In this document: positions 24,958 to 37,830 of the stretch, piece after piece
Layout: the number at the start of each line of letters is the position of its first letter
Numbering within the stretch: the first letter of the stretch is position 1
NCBI GenBank assembly: GCA_002104945.1
Contig: MCFH01000052.1
Location: 186,001-250,000, forward strand
Source: Piromyces finnis finn
Lineage: Eukaryota > Fungi > Neocallimastigomycota
Direction of reading: 5' to 3'
Length of the DNA: 64,000 nt
Translations under genes and position numbers: made by a program
Notes under the pieces: generated by a model
What the model was told of the DNA's origin: nothing
The model's database searches: none
The model's input: only the letters and a program-made list of their open reading frames with translations

Positions 24958-25782
24958 TGTAAAATATTCTATTATAAGTTCAGGTTTGTATACACTAAAT
25001 CACTAACACTAGTTATAAATTTATTTATTATTAAACTTTATTTATTTATTAAATTATTAAACTAAACTAAACTAAAACAACCGTTGATTACTTTACCGTG
25101 AAGGTTATTTTACCAGAGCCCTCACTAGGTAATCAATTATTAATTAAAGCTAAACTAATTATTAACTAATGTTAATTTATCTAAACTAAATTAACCTATA
25201 CTACTAACTATACGATTTTCCAACTATCGTTTCAATAGTTGACAAATTTTCTTTATTTATACTTTTTAAATAAATTGAATAAATTCTAATATACATGTTT
25301 TAATATTATAATTTTACATTGTTTACATTTATGCATTTATTAAAAGAAATTATTTGTATTAAACTATTTAAATTCAATTTATTTACTAAAGAATTTTCTA
25401 AACTTAAAATAAAGTTTTGATTTAATTACTATATGGTTGATTATATTTCAAACATATATTTAATTTATTTATTTCTAATTTTGAGGCTTAGTTTATAAAA
25501 AAAATTTTTTCTTATCTAAAATATTTATTGGTTGAAATTTATTTAATTTAAAAATTTTATTTTATCATCAAAAACTTTATCTTATCATAAAATTAGATTT
25601 ACATAAATTTATGTTAATGTATTGTAATACATTATTTTATCGTAACTTTAGATTTCACATAGATTTATGTTAATGTATTGTGATATAAATTTTGTAAAGA
25701 TTTACGGTACATTAATTCAATACATTGTACATTATTTTAAATACGTATTAAATACATTATTCTATTAATACAATATTTTACA
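24958..25782 (-). repeat. 5' LTR of B (825 bp)
   Basis: TG...CA termini with 11-bp inverted repeat. Confidence 0.93.
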
Positions 25783-25821
25783 CAGTGGGAAGCTTTACTC
25801 GCTTTTAAGAAGGCCAGACTA

Positions 25822-26458
25822 TGTCAAGAGTTAGAGTGGATTTAGAATTATAATTAAGTCTACTAGGTTAGGATAGGCTTAATTATATAGTAAATAATAA
25901 ATTTTTATAAATAAAAGAGTAATAAATATAGTTTTTTAAGAAATATTTTATTTAATTTTTATAATATAAGTAAATGATAATTATTAATTTTAAATATTGA
26001 ATTTACTATATAAAAATGAGTATAATAATCTCACAAAGAACTTCTTAAAGTTGTTCTTTGTTCAACTTATTTATACTTCATTTTTAATATAATGTTGATA
26101 TTAATAAAGTATAATAATAATATAATTTAAGTTATACATGTATAATAATATAAATATAAATATTAATAAAATATAATAGTAATAATAATATAATTTTCTT
26201 TAAATATCGATATTAATAAGTTGTTAAAAATAATATTAATAATTATTTAAATGAATCTTATTTTACTAATTGGTTTGTTTAATATTAATTAATTGTTACA
26301 CTATTTATCTCCGGATAATAAATAGCTTTCCAATTAATATTTATATTAAATAAACTATTATTAGTAAAATATTATTAAATTAATATTTTAATTTAACTAA
26401 TAATTCAAAATTATGAAATTTCATGAAATGTCAAATTTCATGAATTGTGATTTTGACA
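25822..26458. mobile_element. Solo LTR (637 bp), same family as 37183-37830
   Basis: TGTCAA...TTGACA with GACTA TSD. Confidence 0.92.
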
Positions 26459-26645
26459 GACTACAAACCAAAAGAATAAGTCTAATGAATCAATCATTCC
26501 TGAAAAGAATATTTACTGTGCCACAAGAGATAATATTAATAATCTTATCGAGTCACAGAGGTCTGATAAATATTTTAGAAACATCCTTTCCAAAATCAAG
26601 TCAGGGACTGAAGTAAAAAGTGCTTTGTTCAAAATCGTCGATGGT

Positions 26646-27210
26646 TGTAATTTTGAAATTTAAAGAATATATTAGGTTATCTATTCTATTACAATAACAC
26701 ACACAAAAATTAGAAATAGAAAAAAAATTTTTATAAAAATATCTTTTATAATAGAATTTTTATTAATAACAATTACATCGATAAAGTGATGATAAATATA
26801 TTCTATTTATATTTTTCCTAAATATAATTATATTATATAACTATTTATTTAAAATATATTATTATTTAAAATCTACACTAAAATCTTAATTATTAATAAA
26901 ATACTTAAACTATAACTATTTTGGTATAATACAATTGGCAATTTAAATTAAGTACTATTCAATTTGAATATGTGCCCATGTATTATTGATATATCAATCA
27001 TACAATTTATCTATTTCTATTACAAAACAATACTAAAATTAGGGGTTTAACTTGAGAAATTTAATTTATTTTGTTTTAAACTTTAATTATTAAAAAATAA
27101 ATTATGGCTCTCTTTCTTTTTCTGTAATATAATTTATATAACTTAAATGATAATATCTATGGCTTAAGTTACATTAAAGATATCAAACTGTGGCGTTTTA
27201 TATCTTTACA
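26646..27210. mobile_element. Solo LTR of family L1 (565 bp)
   Basis: TGTAA...TTACA with ATGGT TSD; removal restores the host frame. Confidence 0.88.
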
Positions 27211-28837
27211 ATGGTATTCTCCATTTTCAAAACCACTAAAATCTTTTCATGGTACTCCTACAAATGGTCACCATGTATCGATAAAACGATTGAAAAACTT
27301 AAACGTTACCACTGGTGGTCTAACATGAAAAATGATGAAATTTTATTCTTTTATGCAAAACTTGTGGAAAAAACAAAATAAGAAGAAATAAGCTGTATGG
27401 TAAGATTCAACCTCTCCCTATTTCTAACAAGCCATGGGAAATAATAGTAGACTAGCCTACCTTTCAAGCTCTCAGGACTGTTCTTGTATCATGATTGTAT
27501 CGGATCATTTCACTAAAATGGTTCATTTAATTCCCCGTTCTGATGTACTCTGCTGACCTAACAGCTAAACTTTTACTGTTAAATGTATTTCGCTATCATG
27601 GATTTTCTAAGGTAATAATTTCGGATCATGGTACCCAGTTCTCCTCAGAATATTGGACTTCGCTTTGTTCGGCCTTACATGTAAAACCTCAACTTGCTAC
27701 GGCTCATCATCAGCGGTCAAATGAACAAGTTGAAAGAGCTAACTCAGTGATTGAACAATATCTTCGTTACTATTGTTCTTCTGCGCAACATGAATAATTT
27801 TCTTATCTTATGTGTTAGCTTATAACAATTCTTTCTACAAATTTATAGAAATGTCGCCATTTTTTGCCAATTATGGGTTCCACCCTGAATATAATATTGA
27901 TTCTCCCCCAGTTCTACTTAGGGATGGCGCTTCATCGCTTACAGAAGATTGATCTTTCCATTTTAATGCTTTGAAAATATAGCTAAATCAAGCTAATGAA
28001 GACTTCAATAAGTATGGTAATAATCACAAATTCACGAGACCAGAACTTAAGGTCAATGATATGGTTTGGCTCAAGCAACACTATTTCACTAATGAACCTG
28101 CTAAGAAGCTAGCTTCTCAATATTTAAGTCCATTTCGCATTCCTGAAAAGAGAACAGAAAATCTTAACATTCATCCTGTACTTTATATTTCACAATTGGA
28201 ACGATTTATTTTTACTTGCTCATTCTACAAGTTTTATGTAATTAATAAATTTAATTTAAAAACATTTTAGTTTTATTAGTATAGTTATTTATAAAAAATA
28301 TTATTTTATTATTAAAATATTCTAATTTTCCTGGTTAATTAATAACAAGTTTTAAAATAATATCATCTATTTCTATTTATACAAGATAATTACATTTAAG
28401 TTTATAAACAATTTTTGCTTATATTTTACATTTTTAAAATTTAATTAAATATTTATATTTTATATTATTTTAATTATTTACTATTTTAAATTTATATTAG
28501 ATTTATTATAAAATTTTAAAAATCAGGTTTTATAAATTATTTATAAATTTTATTCTTTATCAATTTCTTGGTTAAGAAGAAACATCGACCCTTGAAGTTA
28601 ATAAAAAAGAATATTATGAAAGAAATAAAATTTAATAATTAAAAAAATTTTAATATAAAATGTAATCTTGAGCAATTAAATATATTTCTTCCTATTTCTT
28701 TTTATATACTTTCATATACATTTCTTTATCTTCTTTAGTAGTGGCATCATCCATTTTTCCTTTTGATTTACTATTTCTTATTTTTGTTATTATTGTAAAA
28801 AGGATTAAAATTATTTTGGTTATTGGCAGGATAATTA

Positions 28838-31800
28838 TTAAAGTTGGTAATTTGAACTGAAACTATTATAGTTATTTCTCATTTGTTCATCCTTGTCAAT
28901 GGTGTCAGCATTGATCCAACGTTGAGATAAGTCAGTAAAAGTGACTAAGTACTCGTAAAAATAACCAGATTTACGAGAACTAAGGATCTTGGTGATTTCA
29001 TTGGAGTTGGGATGGTTGAGCAATAGATGGTGAGGAGTGGGATGATATGGTTCGAATTCACTGATGTGGAATACGGGGTAGACACGAGGGAAAGGTGAGA
29101 TAGATAAATCAAGGCGGTAGTTGAGCTTAGATTCATCGACACCAGTGACCTTGTATGGACCATATTTGCGGGTTTGGAGCTTGAACGCTAATGGAGGATG
29201 ATAATTAGCGGGTTTGCGAAGCCAAACAAGATCGTGGACCTTGAAGCGCTTAAAGTTGTGATAAAGGTGCTTATCCTTTTCATCGAGATAACGGGTACGA
29301 CTGACTTCAAGAGTATGCTTAAGGTCAGCTAAGTTATGGGAGAAGCTATCGATGAGGGGATGAAGTCCTAAAGAAGAAACAAGGTCTGCAACTTGTGGGT
29401 TTGCGTGAACTTGATAATTATAAACAGAGAGAAATGGTGGTTGCTTGGTGTAAGCATGGATGGAGTTGTTGTAGCGAAATTCAGCTAAGTATAAATGATC
29501 CATCCAACTGAGATCATCAAATTGAGCTAAGTAGCAACGAAGATAAGTTTCAACGTAGTCGTTGTTACGTTCTACTTGTCCAACAGTGCGGTGATGGCCA
29601 GTAGTAGCAGAGTGGTGATCGATATTAAAGAATTCCATTAAGTGGGACCAAAGACGACTTTCGAACTGAGTACCACGGTCTGTAACAATAGATAAGGAGA
29701 ATCCGTGCAGTTTAAAAATATGGTTAAGAAAAGCAGTAGCAGTTTCCTTAGCAGTGGGTAAATGTTTGAACCCAATTAAGTGTATCATCTTAGTTAAGTA
29801 GCAAGTAGTAACCATTATGGTACCTTGATGGTGGTTCGGATTGGTAGAGTCGAATGGTAAGGTAGAGTTACAAGGTCTTGATGGTAAGTCCGTGATAAAG
29901 ACCATTTGTAGGTGCTGCCATGGAAGTTCCGGAAGAGGGACACGGATCATATTACCATAAGGAGCATGGTGATCGGTTTTCATTGCCTTGCATACACTAC
30001 AGCTTCGAATATAAGACTCGACATCTTGACGCATATTAACCCAATAGAAATTACGTTTAAGAATGTCATAAGTCTTATCGACTCCCAAGTGACCGGCAGT
30101 GGGTGCATCATGGTTGAGCTTAATTACTAAGAGTCTTAGTTGACTTGGAACATATACTTGCTCCGGATGTTTGGTTCTTATTAAAAGGCCATCTTGAAGA
30201 ATCCAAGGATGATCACTATTTGGAACTTCAAGATCCTTAAGAATCTGACAAGCGGTTTCATCTTGAAGGTAGCACTGCTTAATGTCGTCAATGAAGCTAG
30301 TTTCCATAGAGAAGTAGCATTCATCTTCGTTGAATCCTTCTAATTGAGTTGGTTTAAGTAAGGACGATTCACTTATATCCTTACCAACTGTGAGCATATG
30401 GTCGGATCTACGAGAGAGAGCATCGGCTTTACCATTTTTCTTTCCTGGTCGATAGATAATTTTAAAATTAAAGGTAACAAAGTACTCTTGCCAACGAGCT
30501 TGTCTTTGGGATAGAAGTTGCGGTTTGGTAGCAAAAAACAAGTTTCGATGGTCTGAATAAACGGTAATAGGATATTTTGCACCTTGAAGTAAGTGACGCC
30601 ATTCGATAAAAGCTTGACGAATTGCTAAGAGTTTCTTTTCAGTGATAGAGTAGTTAAATTCTGCATCATGAAGGGTTTTAGAAAAGTAATAAACTGGATG
30701 CAGGTCTCCATCATCACCTTTTTGTGAAAGTACTCCCCCGATAGCAAAGTCACTTGCGTCACATTCAACTATGAATGGTTTATCGTGATCAGGACAAAGT
30801 AAAACTGGAGCTGAAGTAAGAAATCCTTTAAGTTGATTAAATGCTCTATTACATTCGTCTGTCCATATGAAAGTGACGCCTTTCTTAGTTAAGTTGTATA
30901 ATGGTTTTGCAATTTTAGAAAAGTTAGAGATAAAGCGACGGTAGTAATTGCATAACCCTAAGAAGGACTGAACTTCTTTCACAGTAGTGGGGATAGGCCA
31001 GTTTTTAACTGCTTCAATTTTGTGAGGATCAGTTTTGATCCCCTCCTTACTGATTACGTGACCCAAAAATTCGATTTCAGTAGGAGTAGTTGGATAAATT
31101 GGCCCATAAAATAATGAAGCATTAGGTTTCAAATCGATAGAACAATCATATACACGATGTTCAGGAAGTTCATCGGCTCGTTCTTCATTGAAGGCTTCAT
31201 ATAAATCTTCATATTCCAAAAGTATACCGTTGACAGATTCTACTAGTTCAGGATTCTGATCATCGGCTATGAAGACTGTTTCTGTTGGAATGGAAGTTGA
31301 TTTATCCATATTTGAGTCTTCGAGTTCCGTGATAAACATAACTTCATGAAGAGGTGTAGATTTCTTCGAATCATTCCTAAAGTTAGGAGATTTAATCTCT
31401 GATCTATTATGGTTGGAGAAAGGAACAGGACCAATTTTAACTGTAAAGGAATGGTCAGGTTGTGTTAAGATACAGAAGAAGTTGGTTTTCATGAACTTAG
31501 AACCTAGGAGAATCGAAGAAGGAAGCTGATCAACTACGTGGCATCGAAGTTTGTATTGATGAATTTCTTCTCGAGTTCCTCCTAAAGAAGACAAGTTCAT
31601 TACAATGTTGAACTCTTCTGTGATGTAATGCATTAGGACATTACCTCCCATGACCTTTACAACAGTATCAGCTGGTATGGTCTTGATTCCTAGTTTCTTC
31701 ACTAAATCCATATGGATTACATTGGTAGTAGAGCCAGAATCTAAAAGAGACGAAGTGATAACCTGTCTAGATCCTTTAGAAGTTTTTACAATAGTCTTCA

Positions 31801-33143
31801 CGATGGGATACTTCTCCGGATCAGGATTTGGTAGCTCTAAGATATCTTGCTCTTCTACTTCACAGAGATAGCTGGAGTATGAAGTACCATTATTAGGTTT
31901 AGTACTTTTATTGGGATTTTGGGTACTAGACTTGCTATCCAAGTTACTGGAGCCTTTTCCTTTTTGATTAGACGGGCGATTATTGTTATTGTTGTTCCTT
32001 TGGTTGTTATTACGATTGTTAGTCTTGTTAGGATTCTTGGAATAAAGACTGCCATGAATACCTAATAAATTGGCTATTAAGGGCTCTTTGTCCTTGTAGT
32101 TGGCTTGTCTTTCCAAAGTATCATCGTAATAAGTATCCTTGGAAGCATCATATTTGATTAGAAAATTCTTCAGTTCTTCTAACGTTTTTCTATCCGAAGT
32201 TAACTTACTAAAGGCGTGGTTCACGGTAGGTCGAACTTGGAAAAGCATGATGGTTAATTGAATGTCTTCGGAACATCCAATTAATTTGACATATTGGGAG
32301 AGTTTTCCTAAGTATTCGGAAGCTTTTCCCCAACTATGTCTGAGCTTCATCAGGTCGATTTTGGTGATGTTGATATCCTTCAGGTTAAGGAATCTCTTAC
32401 TCAAAGCTTCGTAAAGAACCTTTCTATTCGGATGAGATTCTTGGAAGTCTGCTTGTTCAACATCATACCAATCTGCAGCATCACCAGTAAGACAATCTTC
32501 AATGAAGTTTACTTTCATAGCTTCATTGTTTGCATAGAACTTGATGTGTCTTAGGAGGTGGTGTTCGCATCGACGGATGAATCTGCGTAGTTGAATACTT
32601 TCTCCTGAGTAAGAAAGCATTTTTTCAGCGACGTTTGGAGGTGAAGCATCTCCCATGATGACGTCACCGTCAGGTTCGTGAGGAGTAGCAGCAGAAGGAG
32701 TAACAGGAGTAGACAACTCATTAACTCTTTGAGTAGCTTTGCTGATGAGCATTGATATCAGCGAGTTGATTGTCTTTCCTAGCATCGTTGACTTCTAAGT
32801 TAGCCATCTTACCCATAATGACTTGAGTAGAGTTTTCCAAAATAGTCAAACGATCATTGAGACTTTCGTTTTCCCTTCTGGTAGCTTGAATATCAACCTT
32901 TAACTAATTGATATTCCCAGTTAAGGTAGCAGTTAAGGACTCAATGAGGGCCTTGAGATCCTCATTAGTAGTTGGCTTCTGAGTAGGATTACTCGTAGAA
33001 ACATTAGCTTGTCCGGAATGATTAGGCATCTTTGATTTTCTTACGGGAGTATTTCCTGGGGAACATTCTCTCTTGGTAGTTTGTAGGCGGTTAAAAAATT
33101 CTTTTGTATCCACTTTAATAGGTGTAAGTGGAGATTTTTCCAT
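28838..33143 (-). mobile_element. gag-pol: Chromovirus polyprotein with in-frame deletion of the RT core (Gag-PR-deltaRT-RH-IN-chromodomain)
   Basis: 1315-aa ORF plus upstream ORF 32904-33143 (one TAG and one extra A near 32735); LLDSGS; GPIYPTTPTE fused to IEFLGH with no YxDD; integrase motifs; EITKILSSRK..YEYLVTF..W. Confidence 0.9.
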
Positions 33144-34488
33144 TAAATTTTAATTATTATATTTAGTTATTAATAAATACTAACTAATTGGTGCTCAGCG
33201 CACTTTTATAATAAGCGTTAGTAATGTCAAAAAGCAATTTTTTTATTAAAGAAAAGTGTGGTAAGCACACTAGTTATATTAATTAACATATATATAATAC
33301 GCTTTCTTATTGAAGGCGTAAAGCTAATAATATTTATATAAAGAAAATTAAATAATATTTTTATTTTAGCAATAACTTAATATCAGCATATATTAAGTTA
33401 TTAAAAATATTAAAATTTTTAAAGTTTTAGGTTTTATAGGAGTTTATAAATTTTATTAACTTTAAGTTAAAAAATTACTAACACTAAAGCTTCGTAATTT
33501 TGTCAATTTTTGTTCTTTTTATACATGAACAATTTTAATTATTACATTTTTTAATTTTAATTAATTATTGTTTAATTATAAAATATTTAATTTTTATAAA
33601 TTAATAATTAATAATTATTGTAAATAGTTAATAAATTTAAAAAAGATTATAATAATTTCAAAGATTAGAGATTTTATACTTTGAAATTTTTTCAAATTTT
33701 TCAAATTTTCGAATTTTAAAAAAATTTTTAATTTTTTCCATGTGTCCAAATTTTTTAAATTTTTATATATGTTGTTGTGACAGATACTTGATATCGTTAC
33801 AAAATCATTTATTTTTATTTTCTTTATTTTTATTTTAAATATTAGATACAAATATTATCACTTTGTTAGGTTTTTCACTTCGGTTGGGTCAGAACGTACT
33901 ATTTTACCCTAAACTGTTAAATAATTAAATAAATAAATACTATTTTAAAGAAAAATTTTTTTATTATTTTATTAGAGTAAATATTTAAATTAATGAACTC
34001 TCGAAATTCCTAATGATAGGAAATTTCTTGAGTATTTATACTATCTTTAATATTAAAGGAATACATTTAATATTTAATGCATGATTACTTGTTTATATTA
34101 ATTAACTATTCTATAAATTAAATATATATTACTTATGACTTTTTCTTAAACTCGTTATATTTAATAATTATAAAGTCATTATAAATTATTTGTAGAAGGA
34201 ATGATTATTTTATAATTTAATTTTAATTTCCTTCTTAATCAAATGAACAAAGATATATTAATTCAAACTTTAATAAATATAAAATCTTAATAATTATAAA
34301 ATAATAATATCTCTTAAATATTATTTAATGTTTTATAACAAAATACTTCTTATTAATTAAATAAATAAAACATTGTTTAAATAAATAATCATGAATCCAC
34401 TAACATTCATGACACACTTTCTATATTCATTTATAGAATTAAGATAATATTCTTACCATATCACTGTTTATTATTAAATTTAGAAACT

Positions 34489-34860
34489 TGTCCTAATTAT
34501 AAGATACTAAGACTATGAGTCAAACTATCATAGGTTCGATTTATACTGTTTCCAGCAAAATTAATTTAGTAATTATTTTATATAATTAATGTTTTATTTC
34601 TTTAAATTAAATTATTTAATCAAATCAAATTAAAGATTTAGAATTATATATTTTATGATTGGATTATTTAAATATTTAAAAAAAATATAAATATCTATAA
34701 AATTAAAAAATAAAAATTTTCTTTTTTGTTTTTATTAACAAATAAAATTAATAAAAATAAATCAACAATATAAAATTTTTAATAAACTATTTTTTTATAT
34801 AAACTTGTTGGATCAATAAAGCTTCTTAATTAATATAAAATTAAGATAAGAAGCATTACA
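34489..34860 (+). repeat. Candidate 5' LTR of the gag at 35086
   Basis: Ends ...GCATTACA; contains GGTTCGAT..ACTGTTTCC as in LTR A; left boundary uncertain. Confidence 0.4.
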
Positions 34861-34907
34861 ATAAAAACACCCAACAGAAATATAATAACACCTTTACACT
34901 GAATAGT

Positions 34908-35030
34908 AATATTCTTTATTTACTTTTGGATATTCTTTATTTTCTTTTAGATACTCTCCATTTATTTTTGGATACTCTTTATTTACTTTTGAATACGCTT
35001 TGTTTACTCTTAGACTCTTAGAAATACTCT
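34908..35030. repeat. Degenerate 21-bp tandem repeat (about 5 copies) in the element leader
   Basis: Variants of TATTCTTTATTTACTTTTGGA. Confidence 0.75.
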
Positions 35031-35085
35031 TGGACTAATCAGGATAAATATTGAATTATTGAACTTCACGCTTTAAGAAAAGAAG

Positions 35086-35598
35086 ATGAATTATCAAAGC
35101 AACTACGATGACGCCACTCTCAAGGATGGATTTGCTGGCGACAGTAGGTACCTCAAAGGCTTTTTGGCGAAACTCGAACTTATTTTTATGCTTTATCCTG
35201 ATAGATACAATAATGATGAAGTTAAAATAGTCTATCTAATTTCAAGGTTATACGGTGATGCCATGAATTAGGTCGCAACAATGATTGATAACCACGACCC
35301 ATGTTTAGGAGACTACGCCGCCTTTACTAATAGAATGAAAGCCTTTTATGGAGATGAGGATATTATTTTCAGCGTAAATCAAAAACTTAGAACCTTAAAA
35401 CAAAAACGTATTGATGAAATTAGAGAATATATTCTCAAGTTCAACCGATACTCTGGAGAATCTAACTAGAATAAGGAGGCGAAAATGGATGCCTTCATAC
35501 CCGGACTCCATGATCAAGTTGCTTCCAGAATTTTAGAGATGTTTCCTGGGTCTAAAACTCTATTTGCTTTTCAAACTATCTCCTCCAGAATAGATTCT
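35086..35598 (+). pseudogene. gag: Chromovirus-type gag, truncated
   Basis: FAGDSRYLKGFL...LYGDAMN*; two TAG stops at Trp positions; paralog at 51600-52170 (-). Confidence 0.85.
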
Positions 35599-36078
35599 TG
35601 TAAAGATATAAAATATATCTTTAAATTATTTAATTATTAATTAATAATTATTAAACAATAATTTTGATATTTTAATGAAAAAATTATTTATAAAATTTAT
35701 TATATAAATTTCATGGAATAATTAAATAATAATTAATTTTAAAATATCAAAGTTAAAAAATAAAATTTGGATAAATATTTAAATTAATGGATAATTAAAT
35801 TTAAATATTTTAAATATTCAAATTAAATCTTAAAAAAGTTTTTATTTAATTAAAATTAGTTTATTAACTTTAGCGTAGTTTTAAATTAGCATTTTTAATA
35901 GTAAATATAAAATAAATAGTATTATTAATATTTAATTAATATATAGATAATACATGGATTGTATTCAATTTGTAGCTTACTTAAATTGAATCAAAATTGT
36001 ATTTAATTAGTTTTAGTATAGCTTTGTTATTTTATTATTGATTTAAATTTGTATTAAATTAGTTTTGTTTATTTTATT
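35599..36078. mobile_element. Truncated L2 LTR
   Basis: Starts TGTAAAGATATAAAATATATCTTT; matches 4648-5030. Confidence 0.7.
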
Positions 36079-37148
36079 TTTGTAGTGGAATAATTATTAT
36101 TATTATTACCACCATTATTATTAGTTGAATAATTAGATTTTAAATTATTATTGTTATTATTATTATTGTGATATTTTTGATAATTGTTTCTATTATTATT
36201 ATAATTATTGTTATTGTTATTATAAAAAGAATTTTTTCTTCCATGGCTTTTATTATTAATTTGGTTTAACTTTTTATTTGAGACATTGTTTTGTTCAAAT
36301 AAAATACATCTTGTGAAAGTAGCTTCGAGAGTAGTAGGAAAGTCATCTAATCTTTCAATATCTTCTTGATACTTAGGATGAAGACCAGTATAAAACATAA
36401 GAGTAACAGCTTCTTGATCCCAGTTAAAATATTGAATATATGATCTAAATTCTTCCATATATTCATTAATTTTTCCATATGTTTGTTTCAATTTACTTAG
36501 CTTAATCTTGGCTAATTTGCGGCTTGAAACATTTGGAAAAGCATTTTTTAATTCTACTAATAATTCAAACATAGTAGAGGGATGAGTATTTCCACTGTAT
36601 CTTGTTAAATACCAAGTTCTAGCAATTCCTCTTAATCTTGTTTTAACAAAATTAATTTTGGCTTCTTCCATCATATGCTTATTAGGATAAGTGCTAAAAA
36701 TATCTTCACAAATTTGACAGAATAGTTCTGTTTCATGAGAATCACCAGAAAAAAGACCTGGATCTGGAACTTGATTTATTGGAGTGGAATATTTTGATCT
36801 CATTATTACATCAAAATCCAAATCATATTTTGTAGATGTAGAAGGGGCAACTGAAGGGGTAAGGTCTGGCTGACCACCACTTGGTTTTCCATTCTTATTT
36901 AAATACTCTTGAATGGTGTTGATATTGTTAGAGACCGATTCCAAAACTTGTGCGAAATTAGCAGTATTTCTTTTAATTTCTTGGAACTGAGATTCAATAT
37001 GTTTTTCAAAGTCTTTAACTTGACTAATAGTAGCAAAGTTTTCTTGAACGCTGTTCATAATGTCTACAGCAGTAGTTTTAGCATCTTCGCGGAGTTGATT
37101 AACTTCATCCATAGTTTGCCAAGAGCTAGCAAAGTTTTGTTCTGCCAT
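36069..37148 (-). CDS. gag: Retrotransposon Gag (capsid-like, Asn-rich tail), 3'-truncated
   Basis: PDPGLFSGDS...FVKTRLRGIARTWY...LKQTYGKINEYMEEF; directly downstream of an LTR and PBS. Confidence 0.88.
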   Translation of the reverse strand: MAEQNFASSWQTMDEVNQLREDAKTTAVDIMNSVQENFATISQVKDFEKHIESQFQEIKRNTANFAQVLESVSNNINTIQEYLNKNGKPSGGQPDLTPSVAPSTSTKYDLDFDVIMRSKYSTPINQVPDPGLFSGDSHETELFCQICEDIFSTYPNKHMMEEAKINFVKTRLRGIARTWYLTRYSGNTHPSTMFELLVELKNAFPNVSSRKLAKIKLSKLKQTYGKINEYMEEFRSYIQYFNWDQEAVTLMFYTGLHPKYQEDIERLDDFPTTLEATFTRCILFEQNNVSNKKLNQINNKSHGRKNSFYNNNNNNYNNNRNNYQKYHNNNNNNNNLKSNYSTNNNGGNNNNNYSTTKIK

Positions 37149-37172
37149 CCTAAGGTAGTAACCAAAGTTAAG

Positions 37173-37182
37173 GTGAGATTAT
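37173..37182 (-). promoter_or_regulatory. Self-priming PBS ATAATCTCAC
   Basis: Abuts the LTR CA end; perfect 10-nt complement of GTGAGATTAT at 37396-37387, which lies 34 nt downstream of TATAAATA (37437-37430). Confidence 0.75.
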
Positions 37183-37830
37183 TGTCAAGAGTTAGAGTGG
37201 ATTTAGAACTATAATTAAGTCTACTAGGTTAGGATAGGCTTAATTATATAGTAAATAATAAATTTTTATAAATAAAAGAGTAATAAATATAGTTTTTTAA
37301 GAAATATTTTATTTAATTTTTATAATATAAGTAAATAATAATTATTAATTTTTAAATATTGAATTTACTATATAAAAATGAGTATAATAATCTCACAAAG
37401 AACTTCTTAAAGTTGTTCTTTGTTCAACTTATTTATACTTTCATTTTTAATATAATATTGATATTAATAAAGTATAATAATAATATAATTTAAGTTATAC
37501 ATGTATAATAATATAAATATAAATATTAATAAAATATAATAATAATAATAATATAATTTTCTTTAAATATCGATATTAATAAGTTGTTAAAAATAATATT
37601 AATAATTATTTAAATGAATCTTATTTTACTAATTGGTTTGTTTAATATTAATTAATTGTTACACTATTTATCTCCAGATAATAAATAGCTTTCCAATTAA
37701 TATTTTATTTATATTAAATAAACTATTATTAGTAAAATATTATTAATTTAGTATTTTAATTAATTTAACTAATAATTCAAAATTATGAAATTTCATGAAA
37801 TGTCAAATTTCATGAATTGTGATTTTGAAA
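37183..37830 (-). repeat. 5' LTR of the 36069-37148 gag element
   Basis: Near-identical to solo LTR 25822-26458. Confidence 0.9.

Larger units (their letters stand above)
18096..25782 (-). mobile_element. Chromovirus (Tf1/sushi-like) LTR retrotransposon B with intact polyprotein
   Basis: 5' LTR 24958-25782 with 11-bp terminal IR TGTAAAATATT; 3' LTR split into about 18096-18155 and 19298-20040; PPT AAGAAGAGGGGCA at 20053-20041. Confidence 0.95.
25785..28210 (+). pseudogene. pol: Continuation of host chromovirus pol (RH end and integrase), interrupted by two solo LTRs
   Basis: RRPDY|KPKE and VDG|ILHF are restored across the insertions; SDHGTQFSSEYW, AHHQRSNEQVERAN and LNIHPVLYISQLE. Confidence 0.85.

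Noticed and set aside
24958-24974. Leader sequence pairing with the U3 end (RNA circularisation signal)
   Set aside because: It is simply the LTR's own terminal inverted repeat.
33900-33985. Self-priming PBS for the RT-deleted element
   Set aside because: The LTR boundary is undefined and the 10-nt match is AT-rich with a G-U pair.
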